Shown here in pieces: positions 1 through 9,386 of a DNA stretch of 64,000 bases; position 1 is the first letter of the stretch; each line of letters opens with the position of its first letter. The position numbers and the translations under genes are program-made. The stretch spans positions 672,001 to 736,000 of the forward strand of contig CBDBCR010000001.1 in the NCBI GenBank assembly GCA_965203465.1, read 5' to 3'. The notes beneath the pieces were generated by a model. It saw only the letters and a list, made by a program, of their open reading frames with translations, was not told the origin of the DNA and searched no databases. This stretch comes from Nitrosopumilaceae archaeon. GTDB taxonomy: Archaea > Thermoproteota > Nitrososphaeria > Nitrososphaerales > Nitrosopumilaceae.

Positions 1-74
1 CGGGGGCCGGTGCCCCGGCCGGGGCTGATCCGCGCCCGGCAGCGGCCTTTTATGCGGGCCGCCGCACCGGCCGC

Positions 75-197
75 ATGAAAGACTGCCCCTCCTGCTCGGA
101 GCCGTTCGCCGACCATTCGAACAAGCGGCTCGTCGCGTGCGCGCGGCGCCTCCTGAGGTCTGCCCCCGCCGGCCCGCGGCGCGGCGGCCCGGACTAG
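75..197 (+). CDS. Small (40 aa) CxxC/His-Cys putative zinc-binding protein
   Basis: Not in the ORF track (too short). Reads MKDCPSCSEPFADHSNKRLVACARRL...*; TTTTAT box at 48-53 lies ~22 nt upstream of the ATG; T-run follows the stop. Confidence 0.45.
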   Translation: MKDCPSCSEPFADHSNKRLVACARRLLRSAPAGPRRGGPD

Positions 198-277
198 GCC
201 CCCCGCCTTTTTTCCCGCCCGGCCCTGCCTTCCGGGATGTGCCGCTTAACGGGGCGCAAAGGGGCCCCGTTCAGGGT

Positions 278-606
278 CACATCGCGCGCTAAACCTGACC
301 ATTTTTTTCGCCCGGCAGACCTTGCCGGCCGCGCGCGGCCGTCCCTGGCAGCGGCCGGGCTGTAGGAGGCCATATACCCTTGAGCCGGGACGCTGGCGTC
401 CCGAGTAAAGGGCACATCGCCCCAGTCGCGGGCGCCTAGTGCGCCCGGCAGACCTCCCCGCCGCGCGCGATCTTTTTCGGGCGGCCGCCGGGCTGTAGTA
501 GGGCCCATACCCTTCATGGCGGCAGCTAGGCTGTAGGGGAGCATATACCCTTGAGCCGGGACGCTGGCGTCCCGAGTAAAGGGCACATCGCGGGAGAAAC
601 CTGACC
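278..606. repeat. Mosaic direct-repeat region with a duplicated 50-bp hairpin unit
   Basis: Exact 50-bp copies at 371-420 and 542-591 (CATATACCCTTGAGCCGGGACGCTGGCGTCCCGAGTAAAGGGCACATCGC) contain the inverted repeat CGGGACGC-TG-GCGTCCCG inside CCCTT/AAGGG arms. Further partial repeats: CACATCGCG...AAACCTGACC (278-300, 584-606), CCCGGCAGACCT x2, GGCTGTAG x3. Confidence 0.9.
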
Positions 607-636
607 CCCCTTTTATGCTCCCGGCCCACCGCGCGC

Positions 637-1467
637 ATGCTCAAGATGGGCCTGGATCTGGGCACCGGCTTCGTAAAGTGCGTCTCGGACCGCGGCTCGG
701 TCCGGTTCCCGTCCGTGTGCGTAAAACGCGTGCACGGGGCGTGGTCCGAAAGGGACGCCGAGGCCGTGGGTACGGGCGCGGCCGAGATGGCCGGCGCCTC
801 GGGCTCTTCTGTCGTGCGGCCCATATCGAGGGGCAGGCCCGAGCCGCGGTACGCAAAGCAGGCCGAGGCCCTGGTGCGCGAGGCGGTGAGGCTGTCGTGC
901 GCCGGGGGCGCCAAAAGCCGGGAGCCGGAAAAGATCAGCATGGTGGTGGGCCTGCCCTACCACGCCTTTGCCGACCGCGAGGCGCTCGTGCGGCTGGTCA
1001 AGCGCACGGCCGACGTCGAAAAGTGCCGGGTGGTGGCCCAGGCGTGCGGCACGCTGGTCTGCCTCGGAAAGCCGAGCGGGATATCGGTCTCGGTGGGGCA
1101 GGGCACCACCGAGATAGTTGTAGTCGAAGAGTACGAGGTCATAGACGGGGACAGTTCCAGGTGGGCATCGGACTTTGTGACCCGCAAGATAGGCAAGCTG
1201 GCCCACCTGGATTTGGGGTTGCTGGAGCGCAACAGGGAACTTTGCAAAAAGTACTCCAAGATACTGGCCGAGAACCTGGAATCGGAGGTGCTCGACATGG
1301 CCGACGGGTGCGGCAAAAAGCACGACATCGCGCTCTCGGGCGGCGGGCTGCTGCTGCCCGGCATGCTCGACGACCTGTCCGGCCGCCTCAAAAAGAGGTT
1401 CGGCGTTCTGGTCCCCGACGACCCCGTGATGAGCAACGCCCAGGGGCTGTACAGGCTGGCGCGATAG
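637..1467 (+). CDS. Actin-fold ATPase, ParM/StbA-like
   Basis: Actin-fold motifs: phosphate-1 GLDLGTGFVK, phosphate-2 VSVGQGTTE, adenosine LSGGG, C-terminal DDPVMSNAQG; TTTTAT box at ~611. Confidence 0.85.
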   Translation: MLKMGLDLGTGFVKCVSDRGSVRFPSVCVKRVHGAWSERDAEAVGTGAAEMAGASGSSVVRPISRGRPEPRYAKQAEALVREAVRLSCAGGAKSREPEKISMVVGLPYHAFADREALVRLVKRTADVEKCRVVAQACGTLVCLGKPSGISVSVGQGTTEIVVVEEYEVIDGDSSRWASDFVTRKIGKLAHLDLGLLERNRELCKKYSKILAENLESEVLDMADGCGKKHDIALSGGGLLLPGMLDDLSGRLKKRFGVLVPDDPVMSNAQGLYRLAR

Positions 1468-1468
1468 C

Positions 1469-4400
1469 ATGGGCTCCAAGCGCTGGCAGCTGTCCAACAG
1501 GAAGAAACCTGCGGGGCAGCTCGGCTCCGCCGACCGGTTCCTGCCCCCCGCCGGGGAGCTTGCCGCCTGCTCGGTCTCGGTCCCCATACGGATGGACGCA
1601 AAGGCGGCCGTGATGGCCGCCGGCGGACTGGCCAGCCAGAGCGCGCGCAGCTTTGAGATCTGGTGGGACGGGGGCGAAAAGCGCCTGGACATAGTGCTGG
1701 CCGCCGAAAAGCGCGACCTGCCCGCCTACCGGCAGGCGTTCCTCAACATGTACCCCAACGCGGCCTTTTCGGACATGGCCGCCACCGTCCCGTCCTGGTT
1801 CCCGCCGGGCCCCGAGTGCCGGTTCTTCGACGTCGGCACCTACCACGGCCACTACGCCTCGGTGCTCGACAAGGGCAGGGCCCACCAGCTGATGTCGCAG
1901 GTGGCCGCCACCGTCCAGCTCTCCGGCAGGGCTTGGATCCAGTTCGTCTTCAAGCTACACCCGTTCAACGGGTTTCTGAGGAGGCACGTGACGCGCCTCA
2001 ACGCCAAGAACCGCGAGATATCGCGCGGCAAGTACCTGTCCAACACGGAAATACTGATGCACCCCGACAAAAAGCCGCACGACCACCCGGAGCTGGGCTA
2101 CGACTATACGAACAACTACCCGGGCCTCCAAAAGCACGCCACGCTCAAGATGCAGGGGGCCCACGTGCTCATGTCCGCGCGCGGCGCCGTCTGCGGCGGC
2201 GACGACCTGGATCTCCACTTTGACGAGATCGAGGCCATGCCCGTCGAAAACATACACTCGGGCCACGAGCACCTGACCAAGTTCGGGTACAAGTACCAGG
2301 ACTTTGCCGACGAGAAAAAGGCGCGCGTGAAGATAGGCAGGGAAAAGGGGACGCGGATGGGCCTGTTCCCGGGCAGGCTGCTACCCGATCCGGCCAGGTT
2401 CACGGACAAGGCTACGGGCAAGTACTTCGACAAGGGGATATTCGGGTACGGCGAACGCAGGCCCCTGCCGTTCCTGCTGCTCAACTTGTCAGAGATCCCG
2501 CTGCTGGTCCACCTGCCGGCGCCGGCCACCCCCAACATCGAGACGACCCGCGGCGTCTCGATACCCTCAAAGCCGTCCGAAAAAGAGGGCGCCAACGTCG
2601 GCTTTTTCAGGCAGCCCTCGCCTTCCGGCTTCGACTGGTCCGGGGCGTGGGGGGTGTCGGCCAGGTCCAAGGACGCGGGCGCGGCCGTCGTCTCGGAGGC
2701 CGACTTTGCCACCCACCTGTACGCCGTGGGCGCGTCGGGCTCGGGCAAGACTTCCTTGATACGGCTGCTGGCCAAGCATTTGGAGGCGTGGAACGGTTCG
2801 GGCTTCCCCAACGCCTTCGTGTACGTGGACCCCAAGGGGGACGACTCCCACAAGTTCGTAAAGCAGTGCTCGCCCGAGGCGCTGGCCTCGGGCAGGGTCC
2901 ACTTTCTGGATCCGCAATCGACCAGGTTCTCGATAAACCCGCTCGAGCTGCCCGCCTACGCGCCCGAAGAGAGGGAGGAGACCGTATCGCGGTACGTCGG
3001 GTACTTCATGAAGACCATCGAAGAGTGGTACCAGCAGTCGGCCAGCTACGTGCAGATGGAGAGGATCTTCAGGGCCCTGCTGTTCTACCTGTACATGAGG
3101 CACGACGCCCCGACATTCCTGGACATACACGACACGATACTAAAGCTCCAGGACCGCAAGGGCGACGCTTTGCCGGAGATAATAGAGACGTTCGGCGAGC
3201 CGGACCCCGAGATGGAGCGGGCCCTCGAGAGCATAGCCACGCTAAAGGGCGAGGCGTTCACCCCTCTCCTGAACCGGGTGGAGCAGTTTGCCACCGACCC
3301 CGTGTTGAAGAGGATGTTCTCGGTCAGGCGCGGGACCGTCGATTTTGCAGATCTGATAAAGCCCGGCTCGTACACGGTGGTCAGGATATCGCCTTTGAAC
3401 ATGCCCCAGCACGTCCAGCCGCTGGCCATGCAGGCGTTCATACTAAAGCTGTGGTTCACCATACAGGAGAGGGCCAACCGGGTGCCCGACGAAAAAGACC
3501 GCACGCAGGTGGTCCTTGCTTTGGACGAGTTCCAGATAGTAAAGGACCTGCAGGTGCTCCAGCTGATGCTCGAGCAGGCCCGCTCGCTGGGCCTCGGGCT
3601 GGTGTTGTCCCACCAGACCACCGAGCAGATAAGCGACAAGCAGCTGGGCATCATTTCGGGCAACGCGGGCACCCAGCTGGTCGGCAAGGTCAACGGCAAG
3701 GACGCCTCGCGCATAGCCCAGATCTGGGATCCACAGTTCCAGACCGAACTCCAGCAGCAGCTGGCAAGCCAGGAATACTTTCACTGGACCGTGCGCGAAA
3801 AGGCCCCGCCCGGAAAGGAGCAGCCGCCCCCCATACAGTTCTGGCTGGGCGCCCCGCCCGAGCAGCTGGTGGGCGGGCAGGCGTACCAAGAGTTCGTCTC
3901 CGGCCAGCTGGAAAGGTACGGGCGCGGCGTGGTAGGCAGCGCAGAGTCGGCCGCCCGCGAGGCCAAGACTAGGTGGATGGAGCAGGTTACGGTAAAGCTG
4001 CCCTCCGCGCTGGAATGGAGGATAATGCTGGCCCTCAGGCAGGGGCAGAGCCTCCAGCAGGCGCAGATAGTCGATATTTTGCGCGTGGCCAACCGCACCG
4101 AGGTGATGCCCGTCCTAAAGGATATGGTCGGGCGCGGCCTGCTGGAGCGGCCCGGCGGGGGCCGGACCGCCCCGTACAGGCTCACGGACAAGGCCAAGGG
4201 CACCTACTTCGATCTGGACTTTGCCGGGGTCGGCACGGCCGGCGACGTCGAGTCTTTGTGCCGCAAGGCCGCCGAATCGTACATGGCCTGGGACATGTTC
4301 GTGGCCGTGGCCAGCCAGAGGATATCCAAGGGCAGGGACAGGACCGACCTGGTGGCCTACAACTACGAGACGGGCGTGCCGGTCAGCGTGGAGATAGAGT

Positions 4401-4570
4401 CGGCCAGCGAGGTGTCCAGCCACCGCGAGCACGTCCGGTACAACATGGTAAAGTGGAGGAAGATGGGCTTCGGCGCCTGCCACGTGTGGTCCACCAGCCC
4501 CAAGGTGCGCGAGATCTACGACACTTTGGACGAGCGCGACAAGAAGGTCGTAGAGCTCGTGGTCACCTGA
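1469..4570 (+). CDS. VirD4/TraD/HerA-like type IV coupling ATPase with C-terminal wHTH and PD-(D/E)xK-like domain
   Basis: Walker A GASGSGKT, YVDPKGD, INPLE, Walker B LALDEFQ, ARSLGLGLVLSHQ. C-terminus has a wHTH pattern (...MVGRGLLE...YRLTDKA) followed by TDLVAY...VEIES. Starts 1 nt after the ParM-like stop. Confidence 0.85.
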   Translation: MGSKRWQLSNRKKPAGQLGSADRFLPPAGELAACSVSVPIRMDAKAAVMAAGGLASQSARSFEIWWDGGEKRLDIVLAAEKRDLPAYRQAFLNMYPNAAFSDMAATVPSWFPPGPECRFFDVGTYHGHYASVLDKGRAHQLMSQVAATVQLSGRAWIQFVFKLHPFNGFLRRHVTRLNAKNREISRGKYLSNTEILMHPDKKPHDHPELGYDYTNNYPGLQKHATLKMQGAHVLMSARGAVCGGDDLDLHFDEIEAMPVENIHSGHEHLTKFGYKYQDFADEKKARVKIGREKGTRMGLFPGRLLPDPARFTDKATGKYFDKGIFGYGERRPLPFLLLNLSEIPLLVHLPAPATPNIETTRGVSIPSKPSEKEGANVGFFRQPSPSGFDWSGAWGVSARSKDAGAAVVSEADFATHLYAVGASGSGKTSLIRLLAKHLEAWNGSGFPNAFVYVDPKGDDSHKFVKQCSPEALASGRVHFLDPQSTRFSINPLELPAYAPEEREETVSRYVGYFMKTIEEWYQQSASYVQMERIFRALLFYLYMRHDAPTFLDIHDTILKLQDRKGDALPEIIETFGEPDPEMERALESIATLKGEAFTPLLNRVEQFATDPVLKRMFSVRRGTVDFADLIKPGSYTVVRISPLNMPQHVQPLAMQAFILKLWFTIQERANRVPDEKDRTQVVLALDEFQIVKDLQVLQLMLEQARSLGLGLVLSHQTTEQISDKQLGIISGNAGTQLVGKVNGKDASRIAQIWDPQFQTELQQQLASQEYFHWTVREKAPPGKEQPPPIQFWLGAPPEQLVGGQAYQEFVSGQLERYGRGVVGSAESAAREAKTRWMEQVTVKLPSALEWRIMLALRQGQSLQQAQIVDILRVANRTEVMPVLKDMVGRGLLERPGGGRTAPYRLTDKAKGTYFDLDFAGVGTAGDVESLCRKAAESYMAWDMFVAVASQRISKGRDRTDLVAYNYETGVPVSVEIESASEVSSHREHVRYNMVKWRKMGFGACHVWSTSPKVREIYDTLDERDKKVVELVVT

Positions 4571-4624
4571 TCACGCCCGAGAGCACGGCGGCCAGACCAC
4601 GCCCCGGGGGCTTTCGGAACGAGG

Positions 4625-4933
4625 TCACTTGATCTCCAGCCTGTCCAGCGGGTCAAAGTCGAGCTTGTCGACGGGCTCTGTCCTGCGCTCTTCGGCCGCG
4701 CCCTTCATGGTCTTTTCGATGGCCTTGCGCGCCTGGGAGACGTAGTCCTCGACGGCCTTGGCGTCCTTTTTGCCCAGGACGTCCTGCCGCTTGGCCACCA
4801 GCATTCCGGCCACCGTGTCCATGGATATTTCGTCGCCGGCCTCCCACCCCAGGTCCCTGACCAGGTGGGTGGGCACGCTCACCATGTACGCCCTGTCCTT
4901 TTTGCGCAGCGTCCGGCGCCACCTCTTGTCCAC
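4625..4933 (-). CDS. AbrB/MazE/SpoVT-family DNA-binding protein
   Basis: RTLRKKDRAYMVSVPTHLVRDLGWEAGDEI is a swapped-hairpin signature. Start reassigned to GTG 4933, ~21 nt below a TTAAAT box at 4954-4959; the upstream part of the track ORF is translated repeat. Confidence 0.8.
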   Translation of the reverse strand: MDKRWRRTLRKKDRAYMVSVPTHLVRDLGWEAGDEISMDTVAGMLVAKRQDVLGKKDAKAVEDYVSQARKAIEKTMKGAAEERRTEPVDKLDFDPLDRLEIK

Positions 4934-4953
4934 GACGCCAACGGGCGGGCCCG

Positions 4954-4959
4954 ATTTAA
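4954..4959 (-). promoter_or_regulatory. Archaeal TATA box of the AbrB-like gene, abutting the iteron array
   Basis: TTAAAT on the minus strand at the typical distance from the GTG start. Confidence 0.6.
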
Positions 4960-4961
4960 GG

Positions 4962-5139
4962 CAGAAAAGCGCCTCCAGGCGCCTTTTGCTGTACCTCCAG
5001 GCGCTTTTGCTACGACCTGCTGTGCTTGAAGGCGCCTTTTTGCTGTGCTTTGAGGCGCCTTTTCGAATTCCTGCTGTACCTCTAGGCGCTTTTCTGCTGT
5101 GCTTGAAGGCGCCTTTTTGCTGTACCTGAAGGCGCCTTT
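4962..5139. repeat. Iteron-like array: 7 direct and 1 inverted AGGCGC(C)TTTT-GCTGT units
   Basis: AGGCGC cores start at 4977, 4999, 5030, 5053, 5084, 5107 and 5130 (spacings 22, 31, 23, 31, 23, 23); inverted copy CAGAAAAGCGCCT at 4962-4974. Confidence 0.85.
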
Positions 5140-5922
5140 GGGCACGGCCGCGCCGCCCTCGCATTCACCCACGAAAACGAAAACAAAACGGGAGGAGCAC
5201 GGCTCCCCCGAATCCTCCCGACCTAAGCGGGCCGCCCGTCGGCGGCCCACGTCCCGGACCGTCTCGGCCGGCTGGACACCGGCCGGACCCAGGGATCGCG
5301 GCCATGGCCGGCCCCGCCCCCGGACGATCTTGGACGCACGCCCAGACCGGTTCGGCCCCGGCAGAGCCTAACCGGCTGGCAGGATCGGGCCTTCGGCGGT
5401 TCTTTCCAGATCCGGTTCTTTGCCCTACCGGGTTCGGCACCCCTCCGGAGGCCGGTTCTCCACATACGCGCAGTCGGACGAGCCGCCCCGTCCGGTACTT
5501 GTCTCCGGCCACCATGAGACTGTCGGTTGAACCGCGTCGGCCGGTACTCCGGCCAAGTCTTGCCCGTCTGAACGTCCGGCCTGACCGGCCGCCTTGTCTG
5601 TCCGTCCAACCTCGTTCTTTCGACACCGTTTAGATTCCGTACACAACCAGCAGTCAAAAACAGGTTCGCCACGGTTGGCAGCTGTCAGCTTCGTATGTCC
5701 GACGTGGTTCCTCCCGGACTTCAGGGCGCCTTTCTCCGCCGCCCGGACACCGGCCACAGGCGTGTGGGCGGGTTTGTCCTCTGGTCAGATCCGGCCAAGA
5801 TCGCCTCCAGATTGTATTAGCGTACGGCACGACGGCACGGCACGACGGCAGAAAATCCAAGTACGCGGCACTCGGCTTGTCTGCCCGATCTGGCACCTGT
5901 TCTGGCTTCGGATTTGCTCACG

Positions 5923-6417
5923 CCCGTGGCTCCATGGCCCGTGGCTCCATGGCCCGTGGCTCCATGGCCCGTGGCTCCATGGCCCGTGGCTCCATGGCCC
6001 GTGGCTCCATGGCCCGTGGCTCCATGGCCCGTGGCTCCATGGCCCGTGGCTCCATGGCCCGTGGCTCCATGGCCCGTGGCTCCATGGCCCGTGGCTCCAT
6101 GGCCCGTGGCTCCATGGCCCGTGGCTCCATGGCCCGTGGCTCCATGGCCCGTGGCTCCATGGCCCGTGGCTCCATGGCCCGTGGCTCCATGGCCCGTGGC
6201 TCCATGGCCCGTGGCTCCATGGCCCGTGGCTCCATGGCCCGTGGCTCCATGGCCCGTGGCTCCATGGCCCGTGGCTCCATGGCCCGTGGCTCCATGGCCC
6301 GTGGCTCCATGGCCCGTGGCTCCATGGCCCGTGGCTCCATGGCCCGTGGCTCCATGGCCCGTGGCTCCATGGCCCGTGGCTCCATGGCCCGTGGCTCCAT
6401 GGCCCGTGGCTCCATGG
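5923..6417. repeat. Perfect tandem repeat (CCCGTGGCTCCATGG) x33
   Basis: Directly visible 15-bp unit with no mismatches and no spacers; stop-free in all six frames. Confidence 0.97.
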
Positions 6418-6746
6418 CACAAATGAATCCGAATTGCCAGGAGGCACACGCTTCTTTGAACCCAGTCTTGTTGGTTCGTTAGATCATATTGTCCACTTGG
6501 GAGCACGAGATCGGCATCCCTTGGGGAGACCGAACAGGAACGGCGGATCCGGCCGTACTTTGCTAAGATGTTTTTCACATGAGCGGCAGATTCCCAGCCC
6601 GTCTTTGCAGTCGATCCAAAAGACGGGCGCACTCCCGTTCTGCACGCGGACAGAGCGGCGGCGTCCGTACCGCCGCCCGGATCCGGCTTGGGCTCGGCCC
6701 GAATTGCCGCAACGCACGCCGTACCCGTCTGTCGCCTTGCCTGTGA

Positions 6747-9386
6747 TCAGGCATCGCCGGAGGCGATCCTGGCTATGCCGCCGCCGTCCAGGATCCTGAC
6801 GGACAGCCGTATGTCGGAGGTCATCGGTACCGTTCCGGACTCTGCGTCTTGCACGTCCAACCGCATGCGGCCTGCCTCGTTTTCTGCCCCGTACGTGATC
6901 TCGAGGCAGTCTGGATCCAGTATCCACGTATCTTTTGGCATGTTCCACAGCATCTCGGCTATCGGGATTGGCTGGCCGCCTGCGTTTATCGAGTTCGTGG
7001 AGTAGGTTTCCGGCATCTGCTCTCTGTGATGGCTGGGCACTAGCGCGACGCGCGGATTGTGCCCGTCTTTCCGCATTTGTTCGACGCACGCCCTTACCGA
7101 ATCTTCCAGCCTGCCCGGATCCGCCCGTATACGCGCCGTGCCGTCGCCGGCCTTTTCCAGAATCCTCTCAAACTCGGCCTTGGCGACCGCGACACCGATC
7201 TGCCCGTCCAGGGCCGTGTACCCTTTTCTGCACAGCGCCCTGAGGGGCATGTCGTCGCGTGCCGCGACGATGCCACCGCGCAGTCCGGCGTCGTACTTGA
7301 CCCTGCCCATCGTACCAGCTTGGCTGTTTTCAGAATACGCCTCGCGCGCCATGCCTTTCCACTCGCTGATTCTCTGCCCGTCTGCTGGCATCTGGCCCAC
7401 GAGCTCGTCCATCAAGCGCCGGCGGTCGTCTTTGTACCGCCTCAGTTTTTCCCGGACGCTCTGAATTCGCGCCTGCACGTCCTGTCCGGGAAACATCTCG
7501 GCCGGCAGTTTCGATCCGGCAAGGGAACCCAGCGCCTCCAAAAACGGCTCTGCCTGCATTCTGTCCATGTTCTCGTAGTGGTATTCGAGGGCATAATGCT
7601 GGCCGCGGCTTGCCCACTTTGCGGCGTCTTTTTCCTCCGGCACGGTGAATATCCTGCCCTCCCGCAGCATGTGGAGCACCGCGTACTTGTGGTAGTGGGG
7701 CTCGTACGTGCCCGGATCGTCTGCGATCTCGATCTGGGCGAGACCGCCCTGCCCCCACCACACCGCGTACGCAGAGTTCCAGTCCACGTCCTTGGGGCAG
7801 GGCGGCGCGCCCGCGGACATGCTCAGTCGCTCGTCGGGGCCGGCACGGCTCCACAGTTCGCGCAGGTACGCAGCATACTCGTCGCCCTTGCCGATGATGT
7901 GGCATGCTATGCGGAAAAAAGTGCCGCAGAGCAGGCTGTACACGTAGAGCTTATCCATGCCCCGGGCCTTCTTGTCCGAGCCAGTATCCGGATCGGCTTG
8001 GGCCAGCAGATCCCGGATCCTCTTTTTGAGCTCCAGTATGGCGCCAAAGTCCTTTTTCGCGGCGTGCTCGAACTCAAAGAGGATCTCGTCGCGCCGGGCT
8101 GCCAGATCCCTCCCCGAACAGCTGCGGAAAACATAGTCCTTGATCGATTTTTTCATGCCGTCCATGTGGCCGAATGACCCCAAGCTGAACACGTCGATCA
8201 CTTCTTTGAACAGCTCCAAATCGTCCTTGTCTATTATCGCCGTGACGGCTCTGAATACGTGGTACATGACAAACTGCTCCACGTATGGCATGTGCCAGTC
8301 TGCCGTAGCGGCGGCGGAAGGCAGCGCCTCCAAGTGGCGTATGGCGTTGCTCTTGTCGTACCTGCCTCCCGCGCCGGCCAGATGCTCTACCGCCTGCCAG
8401 TTGAGAGATCCTTTGGTGAGATCCTTGTCGTACAGGACGCCGACGGCGATCTCGTTGCCTTTGTAGCGCATGGTCCACGCCGCCATTTCGCCGAGTTTTT
8501 TCAGAATTTCGTTAGTGACTGGGGAGTTTTCCGTTCTTGCAGACTCTCTGAATATCCTTGCGAGCACCCATGCCGCAAAGCACGCCCTCATTTTATCTGC
8601 CAGTTCATCTGGCGCCATTTCGGCGGCGCCTTTGTCGGCGCTACCCGTATCGGACAGGCCCGCTTTGCCCACGTCGCCGAGCGTCTCGACGCACGCAATG
8701 CAGATGTCCCCGTCGTTGGAGGCCAGGGACTTTACGGCCGCGTCGCCCAGCGACCGCGCCAGGCTCTCGAACTGCTCTTTGCTCAGGGGTTGGGCGGGGG
8801 CGCCTTTGGGGCCTTTCATGCCCGCCAGGATCTTCTTCTTTGCGTCCTCGATAAAGCTGTACGGCGATACGACCCTCACCATGCGCGTAAACTCCAGGGC
8901 AAAGAAGCACAGGGCCGTAAAGAAGCCCGCCGCGAGCGCCCAGACAAAGTAGGCGCCGATCCACGCGTGCGGCGAATTGTGGACCAGCAGCAGGGCCGCG
9001 GATCCGGCCACCGTCAGCACGAACGCCGCGAACGAGACGGCCGGCTTTTTCGCGTACGATTCGACCAGCCTGGAACTGTACCTCTGGGACACGCTGGAGA
9101 GCACCACCTGGTTTACGGTAAACGAGATGGCCAAGATGGCAGCCGACGCGGCGAGCGTGCCGGCCAGCAGCGCGGACGCGTCCTGCGCCTCGAAGGATTC
9201 CGAATCGAACGCGGCGGTGTACGCCCGCCCGTCGAAAGGCGACGTTACGCACAGCCCTTCCGCCTCTTGGGCGCCCGGGCAATCTGGGCCCGATTCTACC
9301 TCGACGTAGCCCGACGCCGCGAGCGCTAGCGCCGAGGCCGCGACGAACGCCACGGCCCCGGCCACCACCAAAAGCGTCCTTTCCAC
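6747..9386 (-). CDS. DUF2254-like multi-pass membrane protein with helical middle region and putative C-terminal HK97/encapsulin-like domain
   Basis: N-terminal hydrophobic segments including LAISFTVNQVVLSSVSQRYSSRLV (DUF2254-like) and SLGDAAVKSL; the C-terminal ~215 aa follow an HK97-fold pattern (see findings). Confidence 0.7.
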   Translation of the reverse strand: MERTLLVVAGAVAFVAASALALAASGYVEVESGPDCPGAQEAEGLCVTSPFDGRAYTAAFDSESFEAQDASALLAGTLAASAAILAISFTVNQVVLSSVSQRYSSRLVESYAKKPAVSFAAFVLTVAGSAALLLVHNSPHAWIGAYFVWALAAGFFTALCFFALEFTRMVRVVSPYSFIEDAKKKILAGMKGPKGAPAQPLSKEQFESLARSLGDAAVKSLASNDGDICIACVETLGDVGKAGLSDTGSADKGAAEMAPDELADKMRACFAAWVLARIFRESARTENSPVTNEILKKLGEMAAWTMRYKGNEIAVGVLYDKDLTKGSLNWQAVEHLAGAGGRYDKSNAIRHLEALPSAAATADWHMPYVEQFVMYHVFRAVTAIIDKDDLELFKEVIDVFSLGSFGHMDGMKKSIKDYVFRSCSGRDLAARRDEILFEFEHAAKKDFGAILELKKRIRDLLAQADPDTGSDKKARGMDKLYVYSLLCGTFFRIACHIIGKGDEYAAYLRELWSRAGPDERLSMSAGAPPCPKDVDWNSAYAVWWGQGGLAQIEIADDPGTYEPHYHKYAVLHMLREGRIFTVPEEKDAAKWASRGQHYALEYHYENMDRMQAEPFLEALGSLAGSKLPAEMFPGQDVQARIQSVREKLRRYKDDRRRLMDELVGQMPADGQRISEWKGMAREAYSENSQAGTMGRVKYDAGLRGGIVAARDDMPLRALCRKGYTALDGQIGVAVAKAEFERILEKAGDGTARIRADPGRLEDSVRACVEQMRKDGHNPRVALVPSHHREQMPETYSTNSINAGGQPIPIAEMLWNMPKDTWILDPDCLEITYGAENEAGRMRLDVQDAESGTVPMTSDIRLSVRILDGGGIARIASGDA

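Noticed and set aside
4962-5164. N-terminal extension of the AbrB ORF, or a mini-CRISPR
   Set aside because: The extension is translated repeat lying upstream of a TATA box; the units are too short and the intervening sequences are themselves repetitive.
5165-5920. Possible degraded gene between the iterons and the minisatellite
   Set aside because: No frame gives a recognisable family or a consistent start signal.
5923-6417. 15-bp array as a CRISPR, or the six repeat-peptide ORFs as real proteins
   Set aside because: There are no spacers. All frames are open simply because the unit has no stop codon, and no frame has a convincing start or recognisable flanking domain.
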